Assembly: GCA_018398765.1 (NCBI GenBank)
Contig: JAHBMJ010000168.1
Span: 1 to 64,000 of the forward strand
Source of the DNA: Chromera velia
Taxonomy: Eukaryota
Length of the DNA: 64,000 nucleotides
Direction: 5' to 3'
In this document: positions 11,180 to 22,367 of the stretch, piece by piece
How positions within the stretch are numbered: the first letter of the stretch is position 1
Layout: each line of letters opens with the position of its first letter
Translations under genes and position numbers: made by a program
The notes under the pieces: model-generated
Databases searched by the model: none
Seen by the model: the letters and a program-made list of their open reading frames with translations, nothing else
What the model was told of the DNA's origin: nothing

Positions 11180-11713
11180 CTTCCTGAGCTATCTGTCAAC
11201 AAACAAAAATCGCTCGTCGATTGCAACAAAACAATGCTCTCTTGTCCGTTGAACCGATCCCAGTGAGGCTGTTCCAGCTTTTTTCAGCTGATCTTCTTTC
11301 CGGAAGACTGAATCTTTGAAATTTGTGGGATTCGAGGGGAGAAATTTTGCGCCGCGGTCGGGGAATTCAAGCCGATTTTGGTTGTCCGCGCGTTCGGCCC
11401 ATGAAGGGGACCTGCATGGTCGGACCCACGGACGTTCGGACCAGACCTAAATCGACTTTGCGATCTCACTTGTGCGAAAGGAGTTCTGTTGACACGAGCT
11501 AGTGGGGCCTGATCGAAGGACACGACTGCCTGCTCAGGCACTTGATGGAACATAAGAAAGACTGTCGAACACGGGTTCTGCCGGTGAGGCACTCCAACAT
11601 CATTCTCGAGCGTAACTTGACCGATCTGCGCGAAGAGGCAGACAGAGGGCGAAAGACTTGAGCTGTGCTGGAGATCAGGAAGGCCCTGTACACCGAACTT
11701 GTAGAAGACTACA

Positions 11714-14700
11714 ATGGCAAAGAACACTGCCCTGAAACATCTGCAGTACTCCCTGTATGTCTGTGCGCTGATCGGGTGCATCAGGTCAGCTTCTCTGTGT
11801 GAAGATCTTTCGCCGTAAGCTGAACTGGCTGCTCTTCTTCACACTTCTGCCCGTTTGGACCCCCCCCCCCCNNNNNNNNNNNNNNNNNNNNNNNNNNNNN
11901 NNNNNNNNNNNNNNNNNNNNNNNNNNNNNNNNNNNNNNNNNNNNNNNNNNNNNNNNNNNNNNNNNNNNNNNNNNNNNNNNNNNNNNNNNNNNNNNNNNNN
12001 NNNNNNNNNNNNNNNNNNNNNNNNNNNNNNNNNNNNCCCCCCCCGTTTTCCCTGCAGCACGGTGAGGATTTACTTTTCTGATTACTACGTCCCCGTGTTC
12101 ATTCTGCTGGCAATCGCGCGTAGCATCCAGTACCTGTACACGATCTACTTCGCACACCCGTTGCACTTCGAGTCTTTGGAGGATGTCAATGACTACCTGG
12201 CGGCTGCAAGGAAGAAACTGCCCAACTACAAGGTCAGAAACGCCAGTTGTGGTGCTGCTTTGTGGAAAAGAGAGAAAAGGGATGACTTGCCTCTGTTCAA
12301 TGTACGATGTGTGTTGTTTGACTGACCTGAATAAACTGAACCTCTTCGACTGCTGCAGGAGGGATGGGTGACCGTTCGGGATGGAACCCGCATCTACTAC
12401 GAGCGGGTGGGGCACGGGCAAAAAGTTGTGGCGCTTGCCAATGGTCTGGGAGCACGTGAGTGGTCCTGGTTGAATTTCATGCATAAGGCGCGGGAGGAGA
12501 ACCTGTTCTCTGAATGTACGTTCATTCTCTGGGGCTACAGAGGACTGTTCATGTCTGGACCCCCCCCTCCTGGGAAACACTCAGTGAGGGATCACGCAGA
12601 CGACCTCCTGGACCTGATGCGCATTTTTGGAGTCCCCAGACTCCACGCAATATGGGGGTGGTCTACGGGGGCCCAAGTCGGACTGCAGGTTTGTGCATTT
12701 GCTTTCTGTATGTATGGTTTGTTCAAAAGAATTCTGTATGGAAGCAAAAATATGGGGGTGGTCTACGGGGGCCCAAGTCGGACTGCAGGTTTATCTGTTT
12801 GTTTGGTTGAGGGTGGGTGGGGGTGTGAAGAAAAGAGAGCTAGGGAAAGGCGGCCACACGTTCTTCCTGCTTTGGGTTTTTTCACCCGTCCTTCATTGTT
12901 TGAATCTCTTCGACCTTGGCTGTGTGACACTCCATTTGTTCTCTTGTAAGCTTCCTGTGTCCCCTCCAGCCTTCACCTTGAGGTGCTTTTGGTTCTGCCT
13001 TTGTGAGTGAGTGCAGTTCGCGGCAATGTACGGGGAACGCGTGGATCGGCTTGTGTTGATGAACGGTCAGTCAGTCAGGGAGTCATCTCTGCTGCTCGTT
13101 TGGCCCCCCTCAGCTTTGCTGTCGAGGTTCGGATACGTTAATGGGAGTTTGACGAGTGCATGCGTGCGGTCGAGAGACTTTGGGGAAGACAGAGAACGCG
13201 TCGGCGGATCTGTTTTTGTGCGCACGATTGCATACGCATGTTGTATTTGGTTGGTGTGTCACTGCAGGAGCTCATGGACACACGCTTCACTCGGCTCTTC
13301 AGCCTGTGCTTCCCATTCCCTTCATGGGAGAGGCACTTCAACTGTTCGTCCACTACATCCGCACCCTTACCCCCTCCATATGGACCTGGATCGGCAGACA
13401 AATCTATTCCTACCAGACCTTCTTCAGGTCCGCAGCAGGCAACCTCCGTCACGCCGTAATACGGGCACTTTTGATTGTGTATGTGATAATGACAGGCTTG
13501 CAAGCACACGAAGTGAATCACGTTTTTTTTTGTTCGCGGTACTGGTGATTTTGGGCGATGGGGAGTTATGCTCTCTTCTTCCACAGGCAACTTTCTTTCT
13601 GCACAGAAAGACATGGTACTGGACTAGCAAGTTGAGTAACCTTTTTAAATTGCTTGATCGATTGATTATGTTTCTGGCCGAGCTTGCTTGCAGGTGGTGC
13701 ATTCGTCCCTACGCCGTCCTGCACGGCAACCCGGTGCTCGAGTGGGCAACGCTGCTGTACTTCGCAGACGCTTTCGACTTCCACAGGGGGCAGAGCGACA
13801 AGCACACGCTGGTGGGTCGCGTCGGGCCTTGTCATCTCGTTTGTCCCTCATTTTGTGTGGGTGATTCAGAAGTCTGTATCTGTTGGGTTTTGCGTTTCTC
13901 GTTCAGCTGATCCAAAGTCCCTTCCATAGAGCCTCCTTCCTGTTCATGTACGCGTACCTGCCGTGCATACGCAAACATCTCCCATATCTCTGGATGCATG
14001 ATTGTCTGCAGTTTCTTCTACAGACGTTTCAGGAACTAGACGCCCACAGCGCCTTCCACCTGCTCCCTGAAATTCGCACGAAGACCCTGATCATTGGAGG
14101 CTTCTGCGATTTCCTTACGCCAGTCTACCACAGCTTTGCGATGAATGCGAGGATGCCGGATGCCCGTCTTCTCTGCTACTTCTTCGGGACTCATTTCACC
14201 TGTTTTGAGTTCCCCCAGTCAGTCTCCAGGGAAGTTATTCGATTCCTTCAGGAGCCTGCACAAAACCCCTACCTTCCTCTAACCGACGCAGCCACCCCGA
14301 CAGAGGCTGAAGCCAAAACCAGCAGCCCGTCTGAATGGGATCAGGAGTGGGAGAAGCAGGGCTCTCTCAACCTCGACGCCTTGGACGGAGACGGAGACGG
14401 CACGGGTCTGAATCAGGACAGCCAGACGAGCAGGATATTTAGGTATCTTCCTTTTGGATCACCCAGACGCAGAAGGGGGCCACGAAAAGCTCAGTATAAC
14501 TACAAAACTGCTTACGCTCCTGTCCTAACCCCTGCCTATAGACACCTGGACTCCCCATCTGTTGCCGCGGCAGCTGCAGACCCCTTGCTCTCCGTCCCCG
14601 CTCCCCCTTCTTTCAGCCTTAGCCGTGCAATCCAACCTCCAGCGGCTTCCAGCCTGAATCAGTCTTCCTCCATGGCGCGCTCTCTCCTTTCCCCCGAACC

Positions 14701-16165
14701 CCTCCGCCCCCATCCGGTAGTGGTCTCTCCCCGAAAGGGGGACCTTCCACGACCCGCGTCTTTGAGGAACTTCCACCAAACGAAACTGCAGACAACTGGA
14801 CCCGCACACGCCGGGCCGAGCGTCGGTATGTGCGGGATTCAGTGTGACCATCTGATCAATCTAAACCCCTACTGCCCCCAGAACATCATGGCACACGAAC
14901 ACGCAGTACACAAACTTTCGCATCTCCATAAGTGCCGTCTTGCCGTCATCACCTCCCACGTTCCCTGTTCCCACACCTTCCCCTTCACGTCTCCTATGCT
15001 CACACCAACGGCCACCGAGGTGCCCCCCGCCTCCCCCCAGATGCATGCCCTCTCAGATCCCGCAGGCTCTATGCCCGGATCGCGCTCCCCCGCTTCAGAC
15101 CCAGTACCCTCACCCCTAGCACTCGACAGAGCAGCGCCCGCCGCTGCACGGGAGGACCCTAAAGCCAATGCAAGGCAGAGAAGGGGTGACCAGAAGCTGT
15201 TCCCCTCCCACGTCTCCCCCTCTCCCTCGTTTACGAAATCCTCTACAGGAGAAGAGAAGGAGACCCTTGCGGAGAGTCCCTCGACAGACTTCCCTCTCAC
15301 AAGCGACGCGGGGTCTCCTGACAGGCTCAAGGTGGAGAAGGCAGAGAGGGAGAGGGAGAAAGAGAATCCGAATCAGTGGATGATTGTCACAAAGGGACGA
15401 AAGGGGCAGAGACGCGGTAAGGGTGCAATCATAAAGATGAGTGCCGGGGGAAAGTCAAGAGAGACGCTCTCTTCCCCAGCTGCAGCCAGTTCTCCCGGCC
15501 CCGTGTTCTCCCCCAGCAGTCTTGACCAGACGGTAATGGCACGTTCTGGAGGGGGGAGCAGCGTGAGCAGGGAGATGGTGCTTGTGCCAAGGGACTCAAA
15601 GGAGACGCCTGCAGGGGGATCTTCGGAGATCTCCCCTCACACTCTTTCCACGGCTGCAGCCATCGCCTCCTCCCTTTCCCCTGCGACTTCTCCTTCTCAA
15701 CACCAACACCAGCACCGGGTTCTCAAGTCTGCAGCCGGGTTTCGCATCACGCAGCCGACTTCTGTTCACGCCTCTTCTGTGCATGGAGGTTTGGTTGTGC
15801 CGTCGCTGCGGTGGCGTGGAGGGGATAGAACGAACAGAGAGAAGGAGAGGTCTCCAGAGAAAGGGGAGAAAGAGAAAGAAGGCCTGAGATCGAGAAGAAG
15901 GAAACGCACGGGAATGTCAGACGCATACACGAGGAGTCATAAAGGCTTGGCAGGTCTTGCACACGCACATCCGGGTTGGTATCTGCACGCAGCAGCAATG
16001 CAAGCAGCAGCAGCTGCAGCAGCAGCAGAGCATGGGAAGGGAGGCAGGTCTGTGGGTGGTGGGAGGCAGGCAGCTGGGTTGGGTCATTCTTTGAAGGGTG
16101 CGCCGCCACAGGGTTTTCTCGGGGAGGCAGAGGGTCCTGATGAGTGGGAAGATGTCCGAGAGTAA
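11714..16165 (+). CDS. Alpha/beta hydrolase with an N-terminal membrane anchor and a long low-complexity C-terminal tail
   Basis: Phase-consistent exons 11714-11784, 12058-12232, 12359-12688, 13017-13065, 13268-13427, 13694-13811 and 14012-16165. Motifs: DGTRIYYERVG, LANGLG, nucleophile elbow GWSTG, acid in GFCDFLTP, His in GTHF. Intron 1 contains a gap. Confidence 0.85.
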
Positions 16166-18115
16166 AGAAGTTTAAAGGGAAGGAAGAGGCGGACAGAGAA
16201 GAAGAAAGTGGGCGAACAAAAAACAAGGGAAGAAGGGAAGAAAAAAGAAGTGCAAGGGGGGGAGCAGACTCGCTTAGCGTTGTCTGAGATTAAATGAAAA
16301 CGAAAATGCATCGTGAAAGAAGGAACCCGAGAATCGCCAGTCGCGGAGGTTGGGGCAGTTGCTGTAAAAGAAACCCTTTGAACAAAACGACCGGGTTGGC
16401 TCACGTGCACCCTGCGCCCTTTCGTGACTCGCATGACCTGAAAGTGGGTGGGGGGGATGCATGTCTTTGATTCGTGTGCATGATTCAGCACCACCCATTT
16501 GACCGTTGTTGATCGCACAAACTCCCAATGTAGAATCATTCTTTTGATCTTGCGAAGTTTCCCTCCCCATTTCTCCGTCTTCTTCTGTTCCTTTAGATTC
16601 TCTTGCCTCAACGACTGCAAGTTGCTTCATCTTTTGATCTGATCAGTGACATCGATGGATGAGGGGAGGAGGGCCTTTGCCTTTCAAGGTGTGGCTGGTC
16701 CATGCTTGCGTGTGCGTGTGTGTGTATCATTACAGTGTGCGTGTGTGCGCGCACGTGTGTGGTGCGACTGTTTGTGTTCATCTACAATTGGTCCAGCAAG
16801 TTTTCGAGCAACTGGGCGGTTGTGATGGAGAGTCTCATTGTTCAAACAAAAATGTTTTCAATGAGGCCTCCTGCATGCATGTGTGCTCACAAATGTTGGT
16901 CGGTCAATGAAATGTTTTGTTCCTTCTCGACTTTCCCATTCGTGGAGATCGAGAAAGAGAGTACGTATAGAAGAGTCGAATTAAAAGATGATGATCGATG
17001 TACAGGAAAAGAGTCTGCGTGCGTGCATGCATGCACTGGGACCGCATCTTTGGGTAAACTGAGAGGACATGGTCGGATGGGCCAGAGGCGCTTGAAAGTT
17101 TTGCTTTCTTTTGCTTTTGTGTCTTTCTTTCTTTCTTATTCCCCAGCTTCCTTTCATCATTGGCTCTTTTAATTGTGACAAGCATGTTTCTCTCCCTTTT
17201 GATCCCGGTTGTACCGCTACAGTCGCATTTGCCTGGTGAAGTCATCTCGCGAGTGCGAAAGGTTCGTGTTCTCTTCGACGATTGGCACGTACCCTTTTTT
17301 TGTTTTGAATGGTTTCGATGCAAAAAAGTTTCAGTCCGTTACTTTCAATTTGTTCATTTTGTCCCGAGAGACCCTGTTTACTCCGATCGTCTGACCAAGG
17401 TGGACAGGTGTTTCATCGGAGACGGAGACTGGTCGCGAACGGCATTCCCGCGTCCAACTTTGACCACGCGTGTAGTAGAACTGTAAAACTCGCGTCACTC
17501 CTTAACTATCTGGTCATCTGGCACTGACTAGCACTGGCAGTTGCATTTCGGACCTCAGTTTACTGCAGGCCTAGTTTGCTTACGTATGCATGGTAGCGCA
17601 GTGTATATTATGCCCATTAGAACCTTTCAACCAAGCTTTCAACTTGAAAAAAATACAAATTAACAGTATTATGCGACTTTACTGCTCAAGTTGAAGGGTT
17701 CTATGGAGGTTTTCTTTAAAAATTGAATCTTCAAGTTATTAACACACAAATTGAAATATTTCTATTTTAGTCTAGATTTCAGTGAAAAACTTAGTGTTAC
17801 AAGCCTAGGTCTACTGTTACTTAACTGCCTCATACTGCCAGTGTCCATGTATGTCCATCCATATCACTAGCCATTTATCACTTTATAACTTAAAAAATAT
17901 TTATCTAGATATTTTCACAATTAAAAAATATTTATGAAGTTATAACTCTAGTTATATATAGAGCTCTAGATAGAGCTAGGGTTATAGAACTAACGATAGT
18001 CCTAGCGATAGTCACAGTTAACTAGGATAGGATGGGTCAGGATTTATGTTCCGGGTTGCTCCGCGGTCCACTGCCGGGCCTCGACTTGCCAGTGCGGTTA
18101 ATGTCGTAGTGCGGC

Positions 18116-19060
18116 CTAGGCGACGCACAGTGGTAAAAAAAAAAAAAAAAATAGACCTTTCCAGATTTTTTTTTTTTCTTTTTTTCTACGAAGGATTTCC
18201 TAGAGCACCTCTAGGAGCACCTAGAGGAGCACCTTTTAGAAGTACTTTTAAACTAACTTCCTCGCGAACTTATTACTCAACTCAAAGTTTTAAACATCTT
18301 TTAACCCTAGTTTTAACTCTAGTTCTAGTCCTAGTTGTTGTTGTACGTTTGTCTCTACTAGTGTCTCTACTAGTATCTTCACCATTCCATCATCAACTTT
18401 GTTGAACACGGACCAACCGATCTTTTTTCCCTTGTTTAACTGCATTGTCACCAAACTTTTCTCTCTTCTCTTTGCTGTGTCTGTTAAAAAAACTAACCAT
18501 GTCTTCTTGTTTTCCATTCACATTGACTTGCATCCGCCCTTTCTTTCTCGTAAATTCTGCAGCCACTTCAGTATCATCCCCACGCAGTATCGACTCGTAC
18601 TCTTGGTTGAACACATTTTCACGGCTGGCCGCTGCATCTGCATCATCACCTTGCTCATTCTCCTTCTCCCCCTCGTCTTCAGCATCTTCATACAGTTCTT
18701 CAGATGCAAAGCTGTCAACCTGGAAAACATCTTCCAACTATTCTACTTCGTCAAGAAGACGAAGTGCTCTCTCCTCTACCGTCTCATTCCTCCTCCTCTC
18801 TTCTTTGACTGGCTCTTTGACGATATCTAGGACGATATACATTTCAAAGCTCTAGTCGAAGCTAGTTTTGGTCAATCCTTCTAAGCGTCTACCAAGCTAA
18901 AAGTGAAACTGGGATCCTAGATATGATTCAAACCCTAGTTGAAGCTAGTCATTTAACCTTTATTTTTTTTTACATATACAATAAAATTTTAAATTAAAAA
19001 AAAAAAAAGAATAGACGTTTTCAGATTTTTTTTTTTTTTTTACCACTGTGCATCGCCTAG
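18116..19060. mobile_element. Non-autonomous DNA transposon (945 bp) with CTAGGC termini and a perfect 8-bp TSD AGTGCGGC
   Basis: Left TIR CTAGGCGACGCACAGTGGTA(n); the right end reverse-complements to CTAGGCGATGCACAGTGGTA(n). AGTGCGGC at 18108-18115 and 19061-19068. Confidence 0.9.
18393..18830 (-). pseudogene. Coding remnant inside the CTAG-ended element, probably a transposase C-terminus
   Basis: Protein-like frame LDIVKEPVKEE...DEVE*LEDVFQ...VNVNGKQ...DRLVRVQQS*, with one in-frame TAG at 18738-18740. Confidence 0.45.
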
Positions 19061-20465
19061 AGTGCGGCTTTGTAGCTTGAATATTAGCTTCGCACTATAT
19101 ATTTTGAGACTATAGTCTAGTCTGTCTAGATTGTACTACTTGATGAATTAATTGTTTAAATTTGTTTTAAACTAATCTAGAAACTAATTGAATTAACTGC
19201 AACATCTACTAAGGCATCGAATGCAGCATTCAAACTTTTAAACATCTAAGTCTATCGGTCTAAAACTTAAACTAAAAGCCATATGTAAAGAAAAGTTAAA
19301 TTGAGCAGCTAGTAGGTAGAGTGGCTAGTAGAATTGTAATACTGTGATATACTACTACTAGTAAATCTAAGCCTCGTGTTATGATAAAACAAATTCTATA
19401 AGCACTTAGCCCCTGATTAGATTTTTTAAGTTGCTTATTGCTTCATTTTGGCTTGAACTAGTACTTCTAAGATCTAGTTGTAACATATTGCTGTTATTAT
19501 ATAATAAATCTATATAATATGCTGTTGACTCGAATTATTTTATCATTATTGTGCCTGGAGTAACATGCATGTTTCATAAATCATGCCAGTGATTAAGACC
19601 TCAACCTAGACCTTAACGGCCTGGCCACTGCCAAATCTCGGGCCGATTCTCGGCTTGCATCGTATGTTTGTCTCCACTGTCGAGCCTCATTTCTCTTGTC
19701 GCTTCTGGTTGACTGTGATATACGACACTGGCAGACCTGCAGTGCAGTGCAGAACAGGGAAACGACCGGCCGGCATACACAGAGGATCAAAGAATCTGAT
19801 GCAAAAGACTAGAGACTCACACATCAAACAACGCTGTATACGTCAAGTAGGTCAACAGATGAACGCTGCAAAGCCATCTACAGCTGCAAGGCAAACAGAC
19901 CTTCCCCCACCAGAGCTTGACCTCTGCCCAATTTGATTCGAAAAAAACTGTAACTCTTCCGAGCCCAAATGTGCAAAAACCAAGTTTCCCTCAACCAGTC
20001 CGTCTGGACGTTAGACCGCTAGCTGTACCTTTGATGACCGATGCATGCACGCATACTCTCTTGAAAAATTAAAGAAATTTGAAGCTTGACTGACCTGATT
20101 GGAGATGTCCGTCTTTTCTGTCTTTTTGTTCGCCTTTTCCAATACAGTCAGAGAGAAGGAACGACTCGACACCGTAGTCGCCCAGCGGTCTGTCTCATGT
20201 TTTCCCGGGCACCCTGAAGTGTTCTGGATCCCCGTACGGAACGTGCGTCTGCGCGCCTGGGCGTGCAAGATAGTGAGCGTGGTGCATGCCTGTGTGGTTG
20301 CATACAAGTGTACAGTGACGTAGAGTCATGCAGTGTGTTTGCGCCTGGCTGCCCGCTCGTTGCTCCCATGCATTTGTCTCTGGTCTCTCCCCCACTCTCT
20401 CTCTTGGTGCCTCACTCCCTCTGAGGGCTGCGGGACGACGGTCCATGGAACTAGTAACTTCTCAA

Positions 20466-22367
20466 TCAATCCCGCTTGCCTTCCCCCCCTTCTTCCGTTG
20501 CCTCTCCTCTGCTCTCCCTCTGTCCTGTCAACTCTTCCTTCTCGTCTCCCCACCCCAGGTACCTGACGAAGACCAACAGCAAAACGGCAAAAATGTTCAG
20601 AAGGAGGCCTGCACGAAGCCAGATCGTCGCTGCCCAAGATGATGTCCAGCCAAACAGAACAATATTTAACAAAATGGAAACAATTTCTATACTCACCGAC
20701 AGCGCAGCGTAGGTTGCTTTCAGGTAAAGAAACACACACAAAAGACAGAGAAAGGCCTTAACAGCCATTCCGAGCATGCCAGTGGCAAACTCGCCGGAAA
20801 TCGAATTTTTGCACCATTTCCACCACGTCATGTCCCCCCTACAAAGAACAGCCCGCAGCCTCCTCTCGACTCCCTCAAGCTCCTCCGTGACTCTCGGGTC
20901 CACACGGAGGACCTGTCGCACACCACCTTCCTCAAAAAACGCAAACAGCTCCCGCGCGTCTCCGTGAAGAGCAAGCACCACTGGTGCCCCTTCCCGACTG
21001 AGCATCTCAGCCGCCTACACGCGGAAAGACTTCACTTCCAGCGGCGGCTGTCTTTTCTCGCACCAGAGAGGCTTCCGATTTTCCACAGAGATCATCGCCC
21101 CTCTGTACGAGATGCAGTCGCCCTCAATCAGTACTGCACCGTCGTGGGAGTCTTCAGACGGGTCGAAGATTGAAACAAACTGGTATCCCCACTCCACCTT
21201 TTCCTTTTTTTGTGTCTGCCGCGGCAGGATGAAAGGGTCCTCAGGGTCCCTCGTTGGGAAAACCATCAGGGCCCCCCACCCGATCTCCGCAAGTTGGGTC
21301 ATCCCCGCCAAGCACTCCCTCAGGGTTTTCCGGTCAGTGGGCGTCACCTCCCGCACAATGTGTGGACACACAAGCGCATGCAGGCCAATGGCCACATGGA
21401 TCCACCCACCTTCCCCAAATGCCACAATCCCCGTGACAAACAGATGTGCTAAGGCAACACCCAACGCGGCGCGGCTGTGCAAAAAGATAGGTGTGAGCAG
21501 TTCGAACAAGGATCCCAGAAAATGTTCCTCACTCCATGGATCTGTGCTGTCGTAGGCCTTCCGAATTTCCTCTGCAAGCTCACCTGCCTCACTTCTACTA
21601 TCGGCCACTGCCAATCGGGAGTGGCATGTCCTCCCATGCATCAAAGGGTCTGACCAGTTGCGAGGGGCATCCGGAAAGACAAGGGAGAACTGTTTTCTTT
21701 CTTCAGAAACGACCACCACTGTCGCCTTGCCAAACGCTGCCAGGTCCTCTGCCGCGCCATGCCGCGACCCCCTGCTTCTCCGACCTCCGTTGGACTCGCC
21801 GGGGCTAGTCTCGGGGAGGCTAAACTGCAAGGTTCGTCGGTGCCTCGAAACAAATATCGGTTTCACAAACAATCCCGTCTCCTCAATGAAGTCACCGTGA
21901 ACCACAGTCACACCAGGCCTCACGGATTTCCACAGATTTTCCACAGTGACCGCTAGTTGCTGGTGAGTCGCAGGTTCAGAGGTCGCTGCCACGTCTCGTT
22001 TCTGCAACGGCCACCAAGATTTGCGGAAGGGAGTGCACCCACGAAGAGCCACCGTCCCGCCTTGGCCATTGCGTGCCAGCCCGACACAGTACGTTGCGAT
22101 GGCCAAGAGAGTTTCATTGGATACGCGCGGATGCTGCTGTTTGACTCGGAGGATTAAGTAGGTGATGGGCAACACAACCAGGACTGCGAAAACAACCCCC
22201 CAAAAAAATGTTGTTGATGCAAATAGTTTCACAGGATATGTAAGCCATTTTCTTGCAAACCCATGGGCGTTGCAAGAGTCAAGATAGAGGAGATCAAGGA
22301 AGAAGAAGGAGCACACAAGGCTCGCGCGAAGCGAGTTTTCGGATAGGACCCCCCGAAGAACATTCAT
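20466..22367 (-). CDS. Multi-pass membrane protein with two DisA_N/DAC (diadenylate cyclase-like) domains. Internal in-frame TAG at 21015-21017
   Basis: From ATG 22367 (MNVLRG): TM segments; DAC1 (AIATYCVGLARNGQGGTVAL...GSRHGAA 21750-21770...VVVSEE, VSEE at 21699-21710); TM segments; DAC2 (MTQLAEIGWGALMV...SIFDPSEDSHDGAVLIEGD, HDGA at 21135-21146...FRV*AAEMLS); then more TM segments. ORFs 21015-22550 and 20466-21005 share a frame. No introns are evident. Confidence 0.8.

Noticed and set aside
11861..12044. Poly-C/G runs flanking N gaps as biological G-quadruplex elements
   Set aside because: True length is unknown. They are most simply sequencing drop-out points at homopolymers.
18929..18940. 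Telomere-like AAACCCT
   Set aside because: Single isolated units (also at about 8294), with no tandem array.
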